From: a virus
Length of the DNA: 64,000 nucleotides
Strand: one strand, 5' to 3'
Virus record (IMG/VR): IMGVR_UViG_3300002092_001594
Location: 1-64,000 of that record
This document shows, piece after piece, positions 18,454-27,753 of the stretch. The translations under genes and the position numbers were made by a program. Below the pieces are notes generated by a model. That model saw only the letters and a program-made list of their open reading frames with translations, ran no database searches and was not told the DNA's origin. Each line of letters starts with the position of its first letter. Position 1 is the stretch's first letter.

Positions 18454-19428
18454 TTAAATCACTCTGCTTATTTGACTTGTCCAGTATGCGATCATTTCAT
18501 CCATCATACTTTCAAAGGTATACTCTGGTGCCCATCCTAATGCTTTAATTCTACTTGGATCTCCTTTTAAGTAAGGAAGTTCTTCTGGACGTAAGAATTT
18601 ATTATCTTGCTTAACATGGTCTTTATAATCCATATTCAACTTGCTGAATACATACTCGCACATATCTCTTACTGATCTAGTCTCGCCTGTAGCTACTACC
18701 CAATCTCCTGCTTGAGGCTGCTGTAAAATTAAATGCATAGCTCTTACATAGTCCTTAGAATGACCCCAATCTCTATAAGCATCTAAGTTACCTAGTACTA
18801 AATCCTTTCTATATCCTAAATAAATCTCTACTGCTGTCTTAACTACTTTATTAGTTACAAAGTTAGAACCTCTTCTAGGTGATTCATGATTGAATAAGAT
18901 ACCATTCGATGCATGTAACTTATAAGCATTACGATAATTCCTTACGATATTATATCCAAATACTTTTGTACAGCCGTAAGGTGATACCGGAGTCATTGGA
19001 GTAGACTCTCTTTGATATCCATCCGCATCTACTGAGCTACCAAACATCTCTGATGAGCTTGCTTGATAGAACTTAGCTGTAGGACAAGAACGTCTATAAG
19101 CCTCTAATACGTTTAAGACTCCTAGAGCATTTGTTTGTGTAGTAAATTGGGGAATATCATAACTAATACGCACATGGCTTTGTGCTGCTATATTATAGAT
19201 TTCATCTGGCTGTACTTTATCAAGTAAGTGCTCTATACTAGACTGGTCTAATAGATCACCATAAGTAACGTGAATATTACCTCTAACGTCTTCTAAGCGA
19301 CTCTGCTGGTTCTCTGGTACTGAATTACGTCTAATAATTCCATGTACTTCATATCCCATCTCTAATAAGTACTCTGCTAAATAGCTTCCATCCTGGCCGG
19401 CTATACCGGTAATAAAGGCTTTCTTCAT
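18454..19428 (-). CDS. gmd: GDP-mannose 4,6-dehydratase
   Basis: GIAGQDGSYL, AQSHV, YQASSSE, SPYGCTK, NHESPRRG..FVT, RDWGH. Confidence 0.96.
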   Translation of the reverse strand: MKKAFITGIAGQDGSYLAEYLLEMGYEVHGIIRRNSVPENQQSRLEDVRGNIHVTYGDLLDQSSIEHLLDKVQPDEIYNIAAQSHVRISYDIPQFTTQTNALGVLNVLEAYRRSCPTAKFYQASSSEMFGSSVDADGYQRESTPMTPVSPYGCTKVFGYNIVRNYRNAYKLHASNGILFNHESPRRGSNFVTNKVVKTAVEIYLGYRKDLVLGNLDAYRDWGHSKDYVRAMHLILQQPQAGDWVVATGETRSVRDMCEYVFSKLNMDYKDHVKQDNKFLRPEELPYLKGDPSRIKALGWAPEYTFESMMDEMIAYWTSQISRVI

Positions 19429-20015
19429 TTTTTAAATATTTCCATTTGTGTTAAATCAGGCCAATCATTTACAGTCCATTGTCTTGGTTCTGTTTCAATA
19501 GCCTTTGGTAATTTATCTAATCCTAATTGAGCTGTCTCTGGTGTCATATAATAATGATATCCTACAGTATCAATGTTTTGATCTCTCCAAGGTATGTTAG
19601 GTAGTCTACCATCATAAGACATCTTCTTAATCTGCTCTGCAGCATAAGAATTATCTACAAGTAAGACTCCTCCTCTACCCAAAGATAAGTGTTTTTGGTA
19701 TTGAAAACTAATTCCCATAAAAGTATTTGGTATATAACTTTTAGGCTTCCATAATACAGCTGCATCAATAATACCTGCAGCTAGATAATAATAATCCACC
19801 CAATTCTCTTCTTTCCAGCATAACTCTATGTTTAACTTTTGAGCTAGGAAAGGAATAGAAAGGTAAGTATTTCTCGGTACACTAATTAACTTAGCATCTG
19901 TATAACGTAAAGCTAATTCAATACCGTGTGTACAGCTATCAACTGCAATAGCATAAGGAGCTCCAAAAAACTCTGCTATCTTATTTTCAAACTCTGTTAC
20001 TACATTAAAGTTCAT
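19425..20015 (-). CDS. DegT/DnrJ/EryC1/StrS PLP aminotransferase, short form
   Basis: FE..IAEFFG...AIAVDSCT, DAA, SFQYQKHL..GRGG. Confidence 0.8.
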   Translation of the reverse strand: MNFNVVTEFENKIAEFFGAPYAIAVDSCTHGIELALRYTDAKLISVPRNTYLSIPFLAQKLNIELCWKEENWVDYYYLAAGIIDAAVLWKPKSYIPNTFMGISFQYQKHLSLGRGGVLLVDNSYAAEQIKKMSYDGRLPNIPWRDQNIDTVGYHYYMTPETAQLGLDKLPKAIETEPRQWTVNDWPDLTQMEIFKK

Positions 20016-20535
20016 ATCCTAATAGTTTTATCGTTTCTAATGCTTTTGTTTTATCTATGACCTTAGTTAGTACTGCTGGATTGCCTTTATAAACTCCCCA
20101 AGGTACTGTATCACCAATCAATAAGCTTCCTGCTGTAAGTAATACTCCTTGTCTTAAGGTAGACCCTGGCATTACTATAGCGTTTGTTCCTATATTAGAA
20201 AGCTCTTCCATAACAACAGGTTCAATAATCTGCTTACCTTTTCCTACCCAGTCTGGAATCATTGCACCAAATAATCCGCTATCGTCAAATCTATCTGAAC
20301 CGCATATAATTCTAGCGCCAGCCATTATATTATTAAATCCCTTAGCTGTGAATAATCCGAACGGGCCTCCTATAATAGTTACATAAGGACTAATGTGAAC
20401 ATAATCTCCGATATCTATATTAGTACTACAGTAGACTCCTTTATCTACAGCAACATGATTTCCTATAGAATATCTTTGCCTAAACTCTACATCATCATGT
20501 ATATAAACATCTTCGCTTCCTATTAAAATGTCCAT
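20005..20535 (-). CDS. Hexapeptide-repeat (LbH) acyltransferase
   Basis: IGDYVHIS, IGTNAIVMPG, YKGNPA. Confidence 0.85.
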   Translation of the reverse strand: MDILIGSEDVYIHDDVEFRQRYSIGNHVAVDKGVYCSTNIDIGDYVHISPYVTIIGGPFGLFTAKGFNNIMAGARIICGSDRFDDSGLFGAMIPDWVGKGKQIIEPVVMEELSNIGTNAIVMPGSTLRQGVLLTAGSLLIGDTVPWGVYKGNPAVLTKVIDKTKALETIKLLGYEL

Positions 20536-20951
20536 TAGTTATCTAAAAAAGTTTTATCTAAAGCTTGTCCTTCGTAGGGTCCTGTTTTATATTCATATAC
20601 TAGAGTATCGTCTTCTAGAATAAGATAGTTATGTCCTCCTTGTAGGGTAAAGCTAGCATCACCAACTTCAAGTACCGGCGAAGCGACAATGGTGTCATCT
20701 AAATCATAAAAGGTGCATTGAACTCTTCCTTGAATTACTATCCAACTCTCTTGAGCAATTACTAATCTATCTCTTTGCTTCCAAATATGTCTATGAGGTT
20801 TAAAAGTCTTACCCTTTTCCATATTGAGAATAGAGCATTGAATAAAGTTTTCTTCTGATACTATGTCCTGTCTTCCAGGTAGCATATCTTCCTTTCTTAC
20901 AATAATATGTAAGAGAGTTTCTGGTTCAATTTTAGAGTATATTTTTTCCAT
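20535..20951 (-). CDS. Cupin, WbuC/sugar-isomerase-like
   Basis: PHRH, QES, GGHN, EYKTGPY. Confidence 0.75.
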   Translation of the reverse strand: MEKIYSKIEPETLLHIIVRKEDMLPGRQDIVSEENFIQCSILNMEKGKTFKPHRHIWKQRDRLVIAQESWIVIQGRVQCTFYDLDDTIVASPVLEVGDASFTLQGGHNYLILEDDTLVYEYKTGPYEGQALDKTFLDN

Positions 20952-20952
20952 A

Positions 20953-21759
20953 TTATAGTTTTATCCAAGATTTAGGTAGTAAGTCTTTCGTATTAAAATG
21001 CTCATAAGCTGGGCCAAACCATTTGCTAGGTGCAATAACTTTCTTGTCTGAGTTAGAGTTTAAATAAGCTGCCCACCAGCTAAAAGAACTATTTGCAATA
21101 ATATTATCTTTACATAAGCTCATCATATAGAGATCAGACCAATCTACTCCTGTTGAGTAAAAGTACTTTGTAGGAATAAAGTCAAATAGATCTTTAGATC
21201 CTTCTAAGTCATCACTAAATATAAGAAACTTATTATTAATTCCAACCTCTTCTACGGCTTTTTGATAAAACTCTTTTGTTGTTAAGGGATGATACTGAGG
21301 TTGATATACATAATCCCCTCTACGTACGTGTATTGCAACATACTCGTTTATGTCAGGTACGGCCTCTTTAATTTGAAACTCTACATGATTAGGAATTTTA
21401 AATAAATTTACAATTGTCTCTTTATTATTAATAAAATACTTTTCACTCTGAAATCCTCCATCTAAGACTAGATTAGTTCCGTTCATGTAGGGTATAGAAT
21501 CATAATGAAAATTAGGTTCTGTATAGGTTATGTAAGGAGTAGGAAGTTTATCTAAAAATTGAATTCCTCTTAAGATATTTTGATAGTAAACTCTATAATC
21601 AGGATGACCAAAGGTTACCATCTGTCTATCTTTATCTCTAATAAACTCGTTAGAAAATAAATAATCAACATTATTATCTATAGCAGTACTAATAGATGCT
21701 GCTAGCTTAAACATAACGTTTCCTATTCCCCCTCTATGATTTGTACTTATATAACTCAT
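20953..21759 (-). CDS. Glycosyltransferase family 11 (alpha-1,2-fucosyltransferase-like)
   Basis: GGIGNVMF, FQSEKYF, HVRRGDY, FSDD, NSSFSWWAA. Confidence 0.92.
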   Translation of the reverse strand: MSYISTNHRGGIGNVMFKLAASISTAIDNNVDYLFSNEFIRDKDRQMVTFGHPDYRVYYQNILRGIQFLDKLPTPYITYTEPNFHYDSIPYMNGTNLVLDGGFQSEKYFINNKETIVNLFKIPNHVEFQIKEAVPDINEYVAIHVRRGDYVYQPQYHPLTTKEFYQKAVEEVGINNKFLIFSDDLEGSKDLFDFIPTKYFYSTGVDWSDLYMMSLCKDNIIANSSFSWWAAYLNSNSDKKVIAPSKWFGPAYEHFNTKDLLPKSWIKL

Positions 21760-22502
21760 AATCTTTCTTTTGGCCTTAATTGCCTGATTAGAAAATCGCA
21801 ATGCTTTTGTTCTACTAGCTTATTATTACTTTCTGATTCAAGGTCATCTGCTACGTTATATACGTAGACCGGTTGATCTAATCTAAAAATCCTATCCTTA
21901 CCAGCCATCTCAACCATTGGCATAGACATAGCGAAATCTGAGGCTGCTCTCCAGTACTTTTCTGTTTCGGGATTTGTTAGATCTTCACGGGAAACTTTAT
22001 CAAATAACCAAGCTTTATAAGTCTTCAAATGGCTATATGCAAATGGAGATTCCCTTATATTATCTGCAAGATACATATTAAAATGACCTCCTAGTTGACC
22101 TGAAGGGTATTCAATATAATGTCCGTATGACATCCAGATATTAGGATCTTGGTAGACTTGATTTAAATACTGGAAAACGAACGGATGTAATAACCAATCG
22201 TCTGCATCTACTTCAACTATTATGTCTTCTGGGCTTATTAAGCTATTCTCTTTTAAATAATCTATACAGCTTACAAAGTTGTCTATATGACCTCCTTTAT
22301 TAACGTTGTGATGAATTATAAACCTAGTATCTTTTTCAATACTATATTCTAATCGTTCTAGGGTATTGTCTGTAGAAATATCATACCCGTATATAGCCAA
22401 GTAGTTTTTATAAGACTGCTGTTTTATACTGTTTACATTAAAAGAAACATAATTTCCTTTATTATAAGCTGTTGATACTACTATAAATTTATTCTGCTTC
22501 AT
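21756..22502 (-). CDS. Glycosyltransferase family 2
   Basis: STAYN, STDNT, DADD, ASD. Confidence 0.82.
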   Translation of the reverse strand: MKQNKFIVVSTAYNKGNYVSFNVNSIKQQSYKNYLAIYGYDISTDNTLERLEYSIEKDTRFIIHHNVNKGGHIDNFVSCIDYLKENSLISPEDIIVEVDADDWLLHPFVFQYLNQVYQDPNIWMSYGHYIEYPSGQLGGHFNMYLADNIRESPFAYSHLKTYKAWLFDKVSREDLTNPETEKYWRAASDFAMSMPMVEMAGKDRIFRLDQPVYVYNVADDLESESNNKLVEQKHCDFLIRQLRPKERL

Positions 22503-23487
22503 TTAGTATAGTATTCATTTTTTTATTCCAAACTTCTAGATCGTAATACTTCCTGTAATTAGCTTTTGCATTTTCACTGCACGTGTTGTAGAAGTCTTGA
22601 TCGTCTCTTAATCTTATAGCAAGATTTCTAGCTTCTTTTATATTACTAACTTTTATTGATAGATCGGGATGACATATTCTCTGTGTATCTACATCTTCAT
22701 TTCCAATACAAGGTATTCCTAAGTAAGCACAGTTTAAGCTAAAAGTACCTGCTGCTACTGTAGGCATTAAATGTACTGCATATTTAAAAGTACTTAACTG
22801 TTTAATCCATTCATTCCACTCTACTCTTTCTAAATGCTTAAATACTTGCTCTTCATTATCTCTCTTTGCATGTGAGGACTGACCCCATATTGGAAGATTA
22901 AAAGCTTCTGCTACTCTATAGCTTTCAAAACCGCCGTACCATCTTGCGAAGTTACCGCCTATGATTACTTTATTTTCTTTTACTGGAACAATATCTTTAA
23001 TAAGTTCTTCAATCATTAAAGTTTGCATAGTGCGGATAACCTTATTTGGAAACAATCCTTCGTAGTATGCTTTATCAGATTCATTATGTGCAAATATTGA
23101 ATCACATTCATGTAGCATATTGTAGAAATTAATTTGATCATTAATTTCATAATCATTAAACCACCAATGAGGACCTTCCTGTACGTAGTGTATCTTTTTA
23201 TTATTCCCTGCTCTTAATAACTTAATTAATTCTGGAGTTATAAAAGGAGATGCAGGATTTTGTTCTTCTATTAACCTGCTTCCTTCTGCGCTCAGGTAAG
23301 TTTTACCTTTAGGGAATACAACAAATACATGATCGTAATCCTTAACAGTTTTGTTTATAACCGCGTAAACAATATTATGATGATCAGCATTTAATGCATG
23401 CATCCAAGCACATTCCGTTCTCATATTTGGAAAAGTTATAGGAACCTTTCCTTGACCTGGTATTTCACTTACAAATGCTATTCTCAT
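22489..23487 (-). CDS. GT-B fold glycosyltransferase-like protein
   Basis: C-terminal GTFSLNCAYLGIPCIG; island context. Confidence 0.6.
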   Translation of the reverse strand: MRIAFVSEIPGQGKVPITFPNMRTECAWMHALNADHHNIVYAVINKTVKDYDHVFVVFPKGKTYLSAEGSRLIEEQNPASPFITPELIKLLRAGNNKKIHYVQEGPHWWFNDYEINDQINFYNMLHECDSIFAHNESDKAYYEGLFPNKVIRTMQTLMIEELIKDIVPVKENKVIIGGNFARWYGGFESYRVAEAFNLPIWGQSSHAKRDNEEQVFKHLERVEWNEWIKQLSTFKYAVHLMPTVAAGTFSLNCAYLGIPCIGNEDVDTQRICHPDLSIKVSNIKEARNLAIRLRDDQDFYNTCSENAKANYRKYYDLEVWNKKMNTILNEAE

Positions 23488-24284
23488 AAATCTATTATTT
23501 CTATTATAGGTTGAGCTAGCCATTGCAAATGACAGATATTTTCTAACATTATACTCTTATAACTGCTATCTGCTATTCTAAAATCCTTGACTATATTTAA
23601 TAATTTAAAATACTTCTCTTTAGGTAATAAATGCTCTCTTGTTAAGTTATTTCTTTCTATACATTCTCTTAGTAATTCTTCATTACTTTTCATACCGTGT
23701 TCAAGCGGCTTACCGTTGTAGTTAGGAATAGTTTGTACTTTAACGTAAATTTCATTAAGATGATCTCTATCATTTAAGTAATTACACTTAGAAACATTTA
23801 AAAAGTAAAAAATTGTCTGAGGATAAAAGTCCTCTTCCATTACTTTATACAAATCGAAATTGTAATTATAGATTCCAGTATAACCAACTCCATTAAAATA
23901 ATAAAAATCTGCATCCCCTACTTCCTTATCAAGTGCTCCTTTTCTAAAGATCATATCATTAGAGGACTTACAGAGCCAATCTAAATTATTACTTTTACAA
24001 AAAGTGAAGATTGCATCATCTAAATCGGCAGTTCCAATTCCATGTCCTCTATTAATAGGTGAATGTAAAAAAATACAATTAAAGTACTTTTTCCACATTG
24101 CTTCATAATACGGTATAACTTCTTGATTATTAAAATTAGTAGCAACTACTATATGTTTGAATTCTTTTAATACAGGAAGATTATAGGTTATGTAGTTTTT
24201 TTCTAGAAAATCTACATCCTCTTTTGTACTTATGTACCCTATCGTACCGTAAGTAGATTTATTAGCTAAGTCTCTTAGTGTCAT
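23484..24284 (-). CDS. Putative GT-A-like glycosyltransferase
   Basis: NRGH..G..DLD, KSSND; island context. Confidence 0.45.
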   Translation of the reverse strand: MTLRDLANKSTYGTIGYISTKEDVDFLEKNYITYNLPVLKEFKHIVVATNFNNQEVIPYYEAMWKKYFNCIFLHSPINRGHGIGTADLDDAIFTFCKSNNLDWLCKSSNDMIFRKGALDKEVGDADFYYFNGVGYTGIYNYNFDLYKVMEEDFYPQTIFYFLNVSKCNYLNDRDHLNEIYVKVQTIPNYNGKPLEHGMKSNEELLRECIERNNLTREHLLPKEKYFKLLNIVKDFRIADSSYKSIMLENICHLQWLAQPIIEIIDL

Positions 24285-24505
24285 AATGCGCTATAGAAAT
24301 TGTTTTGTCTCTCTTGTCTTTCTATTCCTTTTGGATGATATAAAGAATAACCTTCCTCAGCAGGAAGCATTACATAACTATTATGTCCTGTAAGTACTTC
24401 GTGAACCTTACTAGCCCAGTTTATCTTAGGGGAATTTTGAAGGATTCTAGTTTGATAATCACAAAAGTTAATAATAGGGGCTTTGTATTTAACCTTTACT
24501 TTCAT
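24281..24505 (-). CDS. C-terminal part of split GT2
   Basis: DYQTRI...W..KVHE.L.G and LYHPK motifs typical of GT2 C-halves. Confidence 0.75.
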   Translation of the reverse strand: MKVKVKYKAPIINFCDYQTRILQNSPKINWASKVHEVLTGHNSYVMLPAEEGYSLYHPKGIERQERQNNFYSAL

Positions 24506-25037
24506 ACTTTCTTGATTTTCTATTTTTTGGGTAATTATGTTTAGTCTTTGGGGGTATTTTTAAATCTACGGTATTTTTTTTAAATTTCCAAATAAATCCA
24601 TTAGCTGATTTCTGTTTTCCTAAACAGCAAGCTGATACGCCGTTATAGTCTGTACCTATTCCTTGTTCGATAGGCTGTTTTGCATACTCCCACTCTTTAA
24701 TAAAATTTCCTTGTAAGTCATACTGAAGTACTGGTTTTAATCTAGGTACTCTGTACCTTATGTCCCATCTTCCTCCCCATGTTAGATTACCTCCGTTAAC
24801 TTTTGTTTTATATTCTCTTATATACTCTTCTTCTAAGCTATTTAATTCTTCTCTTAAACAGGAAGTCAATACCTGTTTTTCAAATCGAAGAAAAAAAGCA
24901 TCTAATCCAAAAAGTCGAATATACCTGTTTAAAATCTTACTTCCAGTCAAATAATTTTTATTAGCACCATTATGCTTACCTACATAATAAGGTTTACTTT
25001 TCTTTTTATCAAAAATTAAATAGATATAAGGTTTCAT
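24489..25037 (-). mobile_element. GIY-YIG homing endonuclease (Seg-like, NUMOD1-type tail) inserted in the GT2 gene
   Basis: YIY...YYVGKH, YLTGS, E..YI, NLTWGG; PVLQYDLQGNFIKEW..CC.G..KSA.GFIWK. Confidence 0.85.
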
Positions 25038-25038
25038 T

Positions 25039-25072
25039 AATTTTCCTGTTTATTATAAATATCAGGAAAATT
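25039..25072 (-). promoter_or_regulatory. 10-bp hairpin enclosing a class II promoter and occluding the endonuclease initiation region
   Basis: AATTTTCCTG-ATATTTATAATAAA-CAGGAAAATT then A-ATG. Confidence 0.65.
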
Positions 25073-25592
25073 GCTTTTCTTCTAAAACTAAGTTATGTTC
25101 TTTTAACATACTGTATTCTGCTAGATCTCGAGGATTATCTAGGTCAAATACTTTTTCTTTTATAATTTCTGGAAAGCTTCCTATATTCCACCCCCATTTG
25201 TTAATATGCTCTTGAGTTAATCCTTCTACTGTATTAATTCTAGGAACTAAAAATAAATCTACTGTAGGATTAGTCTGAAGGATAGAGGGAAGGTTCCTTA
25301 TTAAGCTATCGCTTAAATATTCATCAGCATCTATTTGAAATATCCAAGCTCCAGTACAGTGCTTCTTTAGATTATTCTTAAAGGCAGCAAAGTTTCCTTT
25401 TAATGGAAACTCTATTACATGAATGAAAGCTGAATACTTATCTAATATCTTATATACTTCAGGGGATGTATTACCTTGATCACATTGCACTACTACTTCC
25501 ATATCAGGAGTTTCGTGGAATAGTAAATGAGCTAATAATCTATCTAGTTCTTTATCTTCATTACAAACCGGTATTGCATAACTTATTCTCAT
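25062..25592 (-). CDS. N-terminal part of split GT2
   Basis: YAIPVCNE, FAAFKN, WIFQIDADE, PRIN. Confidence 0.85.
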   Translation of the reverse strand: MRISYAIPVCNEDKELDRLLAHLLFHETPDMEVVVQCDQGNTSPEVYKILDKYSAFIHVIEFPLKGNFAAFKNNLKKHCTGAWIFQIDADEYLSDSLIRNLPSILQTNPTVDLFLVPRINTVEGLTQEHINKWGWNIGSFPEIIKEKVFDLDNPRDLAEYSMLKEHNLVLEEKQFS

Positions 25593-25595
25593 AGT

Positions 25596-26039
25596 CTATT
25601 TTTCAAAGATTCCAATATAATCACAAGCCTCAATAAAATCTTCACCAAAGTGTTGTAAAGATTTAGCATCTGACTTATAGATTAGTCCTTTGTACTTAGG
25701 TTCTTGCTTCTCTTCTTCTGTTAAAGGTATAACTTTAATCGCAGACCAGTGTACAGTACTTACATCTGTTCCATTTAAAAATACAGTTCCTTTATCGGTA
25801 ATATTAATACTAATAGGATACCATATTCTTCCTTCACCGTCTTTGCCTTTTATATCTTTATAGAGTTCCGGAATAGTCTCTTCGTATTTTTCAAAATCAA
25901 ACTCTCCCTCTTTCATTAGGTCATTTGTTTGAAATCCACATCCCCAACAGAAATAGTTGTAAGCTGTTTCGTTGATTGGAGTTACGTAACATCCGTCGCA
26001 CTCACATAAAGGACATGTTGTTAGTTTATCGTTAGTCAT
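25596..26039 (-). CDS. Zinc-ribbon hypothetical protein
   Basis: CPLC...CWGCG. Confidence 0.65.
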   Translation of the reverse strand: MTNDKLTTCPLCECDGCYVTPINETAYNYFCWGCGFQTNDLMKEGEFDFEKYEETIPELYKDIKGKDGEGRIWYPISINITDKGTVFLNGTDVSTVHWSAIKVIPLTEEEKQEPKYKGLIYKSDAKSLQHFGEDFIEACDYIGIFEK

Positions 26040-26448
26040 TTAATAAAGTTTTATCTGTTGAATTTGTATAGCTAATTGTACTGCCCGATGGAAGTGATGT
26101 AGCAGTTGATGTTGTTCCAAATCCAAATGGTGGATTGGCTATTGTTATAGAACTACATCCAGGTGTTGTTGTTATTGTTCCGTATGGATTGATTCCCGAC
26201 CAATTTGGATAAACTGTTCTATGAGGGTTTTGATAAAATCCCTGGTCATTAACCTTAAATGAAGGTTGATTAGGATCTCTTTCGTAAGCACCCTCAGGTC
26301 CAATTGTAAAGTTATCACTTACGTAAGGAGTATCATCTACTTTATTAAGTTGTTCTTTTAAAGTCTCCCATTGTACAGGAGTTATGTTATATTGATGCAC
26401 TCCTTCAGAAAATCCTTTTAACCAGATTATAAAATCTTTACTAGTCAT
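26032..26448 (-). CDS. Hypothetical protein
   Basis: 138 aa, T/S-rich tail. Confidence 0.6.
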   Translation of the reverse strand: MTSKDFIIWLKGFSEGVHQYNITPVQWETLKEQLNKVDDTPYVSDNFTIGPEGAYERDPNQPSFKVNDQGFYQNPHRTVYPNWSGINPYGTITTTPGCSSITIANPPFGFGTTSTATSLPSGSTISYTNSTDKTLLND

Positions 26449-26449
26449 C

Positions 26450-27730
26450 TTATCCTATTTTAGTTAATTGTGGTAATTTAAATTCTACTTGCTTAGGTGC
26501 ATTTGCATACTTATCTAAGTATCCTTTCAAGAATAAAACCATATTATCAAAACTAAATTCAGTCTTAATTTTATGTCCTTGACGCTTACCCCTCTCTTCA
26601 TATTTCTTATAGTGAGCAAATACATCTTCCATAGCCTTAGCTGCTAGATTATGATCAATAGTAAACCATAAAGCACCTGGTAGAATTAATCCTTGAGATT
26701 GAGCTGAAGGATGAGTTTGAGTTAACTGACCTGGTATTAATACAGCAAACTCTCCATCTAGGAAGTCTACTTGACCAGACCATCCTGAAGCTATTACAGG
26801 TTTTTTAGATAAGCAAAACTCTGCAAGAGGTCTACCATATCCTTCTCCTTTAGCAAACGAAATCATTGCTTTTACTTTAGGATGATTATATAAGTTATTC
26901 ATATCTTCATCATCTAGATCACCATGTATTAAGTAGATATTAGGTAGATCAGAACCTTGTACTGAATTTCTAATAAAATCTATCTTCTTTAGTACTTCCT
27001 CTCTATCCATAATACAAGTAGTAGAGTTAGAAGTTTTTAAAATAAGAGCAGGTTTATTCTTCTTACCTTTAAATGTTTCTAAGAAAGTATGAATCATTTT
27101 ACCTACATTCTTTCTATCTTCTCCAAACTCTCCCTGTAACCAGTGTCCTACAAATAAGTAACAAAACTCTTCTTTAATCGTATCTAAGTCTAATACTAAA
27201 TCTGTTTCAGGTAAATCCTCGTCTGCAATAAAGAAGTACTTATTTAAGTCTGCTCCTTCGAATAGTACTTCTATAGGTTTTTCTAATTTAACTGTCTCAT
27301 TTGGATTTTCTTTCTTACCGTAACTAGTAGACTGTAATACAGCCTTAGCGTGATTAGAAGATACTAAAGTTAAATCCATTCTATTACATCCTTCAAGCCA
27401 AGTAGCATCACATACGGTAGTTTCAATACCGGCTGTAACTCCTATACTAACTCTACCTACGTGTTGAAATTCATTAGGTATAGTTACTTGAAACCAGTAG
27501 TCTGGTTGCTTAGTTAAAGGTTCTTTTAATAGTAATGGAATCATCCAACCCCATTCCTCTTTATAATCCTCTAAAAAGCCCCAAGAAGTATTTCCCCATC
27601 TTTGAGGCATTATTCGAATATCCCATTCGTCTTTCTTTAATTCGTAAAGGGCTTTTATAAAATCTCTTGATCTCGCTCCATAACCTGAATAGGTATCTGG
27701 TGGTGCTGATATAACGCAATATTGTTTCAT
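26450..27730 (-). CDS. Glycosyltransferase family 4 (GT-B)
   Basis: SGYG, DRKN, GEGYGRPLAEF, SGQVDF. Confidence 0.88.
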   Translation of the reverse strand: MKQYCVISAPPDTYSGYGARSRDFIKALYELKKDEWDIRIMPQRWGNTSWGFLEDYKEEWGWMIPLLLKEPLTKQPDYWFQVTIPNEFQHVGRVSIGVTAGIETTVCDATWLEGCNRMDLTLVSSNHAKAVLQSTSYGKKENPNETVKLEKPIEVLFEGADLNKYFFIADEDLPETDLVLDLDTIKEEFCYLFVGHWLQGEFGEDRKNVGKMIHTFLETFKGKKNKPALILKTSNSTTCIMDREEVLKKIDFIRNSVQGSDLPNIYLIHGDLDDEDMNNLYNHPKVKAMISFAKGEGYGRPLAEFCLSKKPVIASGWSGQVDFLDGEFAVLIPGQLTQTHPSAQSQGLILPGALWFTIDHNLAAKAMEDVFAHYKKYEERGKRQGHKIKTEFSFDNMVLFLKGYLDKYANAPKQVEFKLPQLTKIG

Positions 27731-27753
27731 GCTTTAAATATAAACTTTATTTT

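Noticed and set aside
24489-25062. Group I intron, intein or ribosomal bypass in the GT2 gene
   Set aside because: No non-coding space for an intron core, no intein termini, and a ~550-nt hop is implausible
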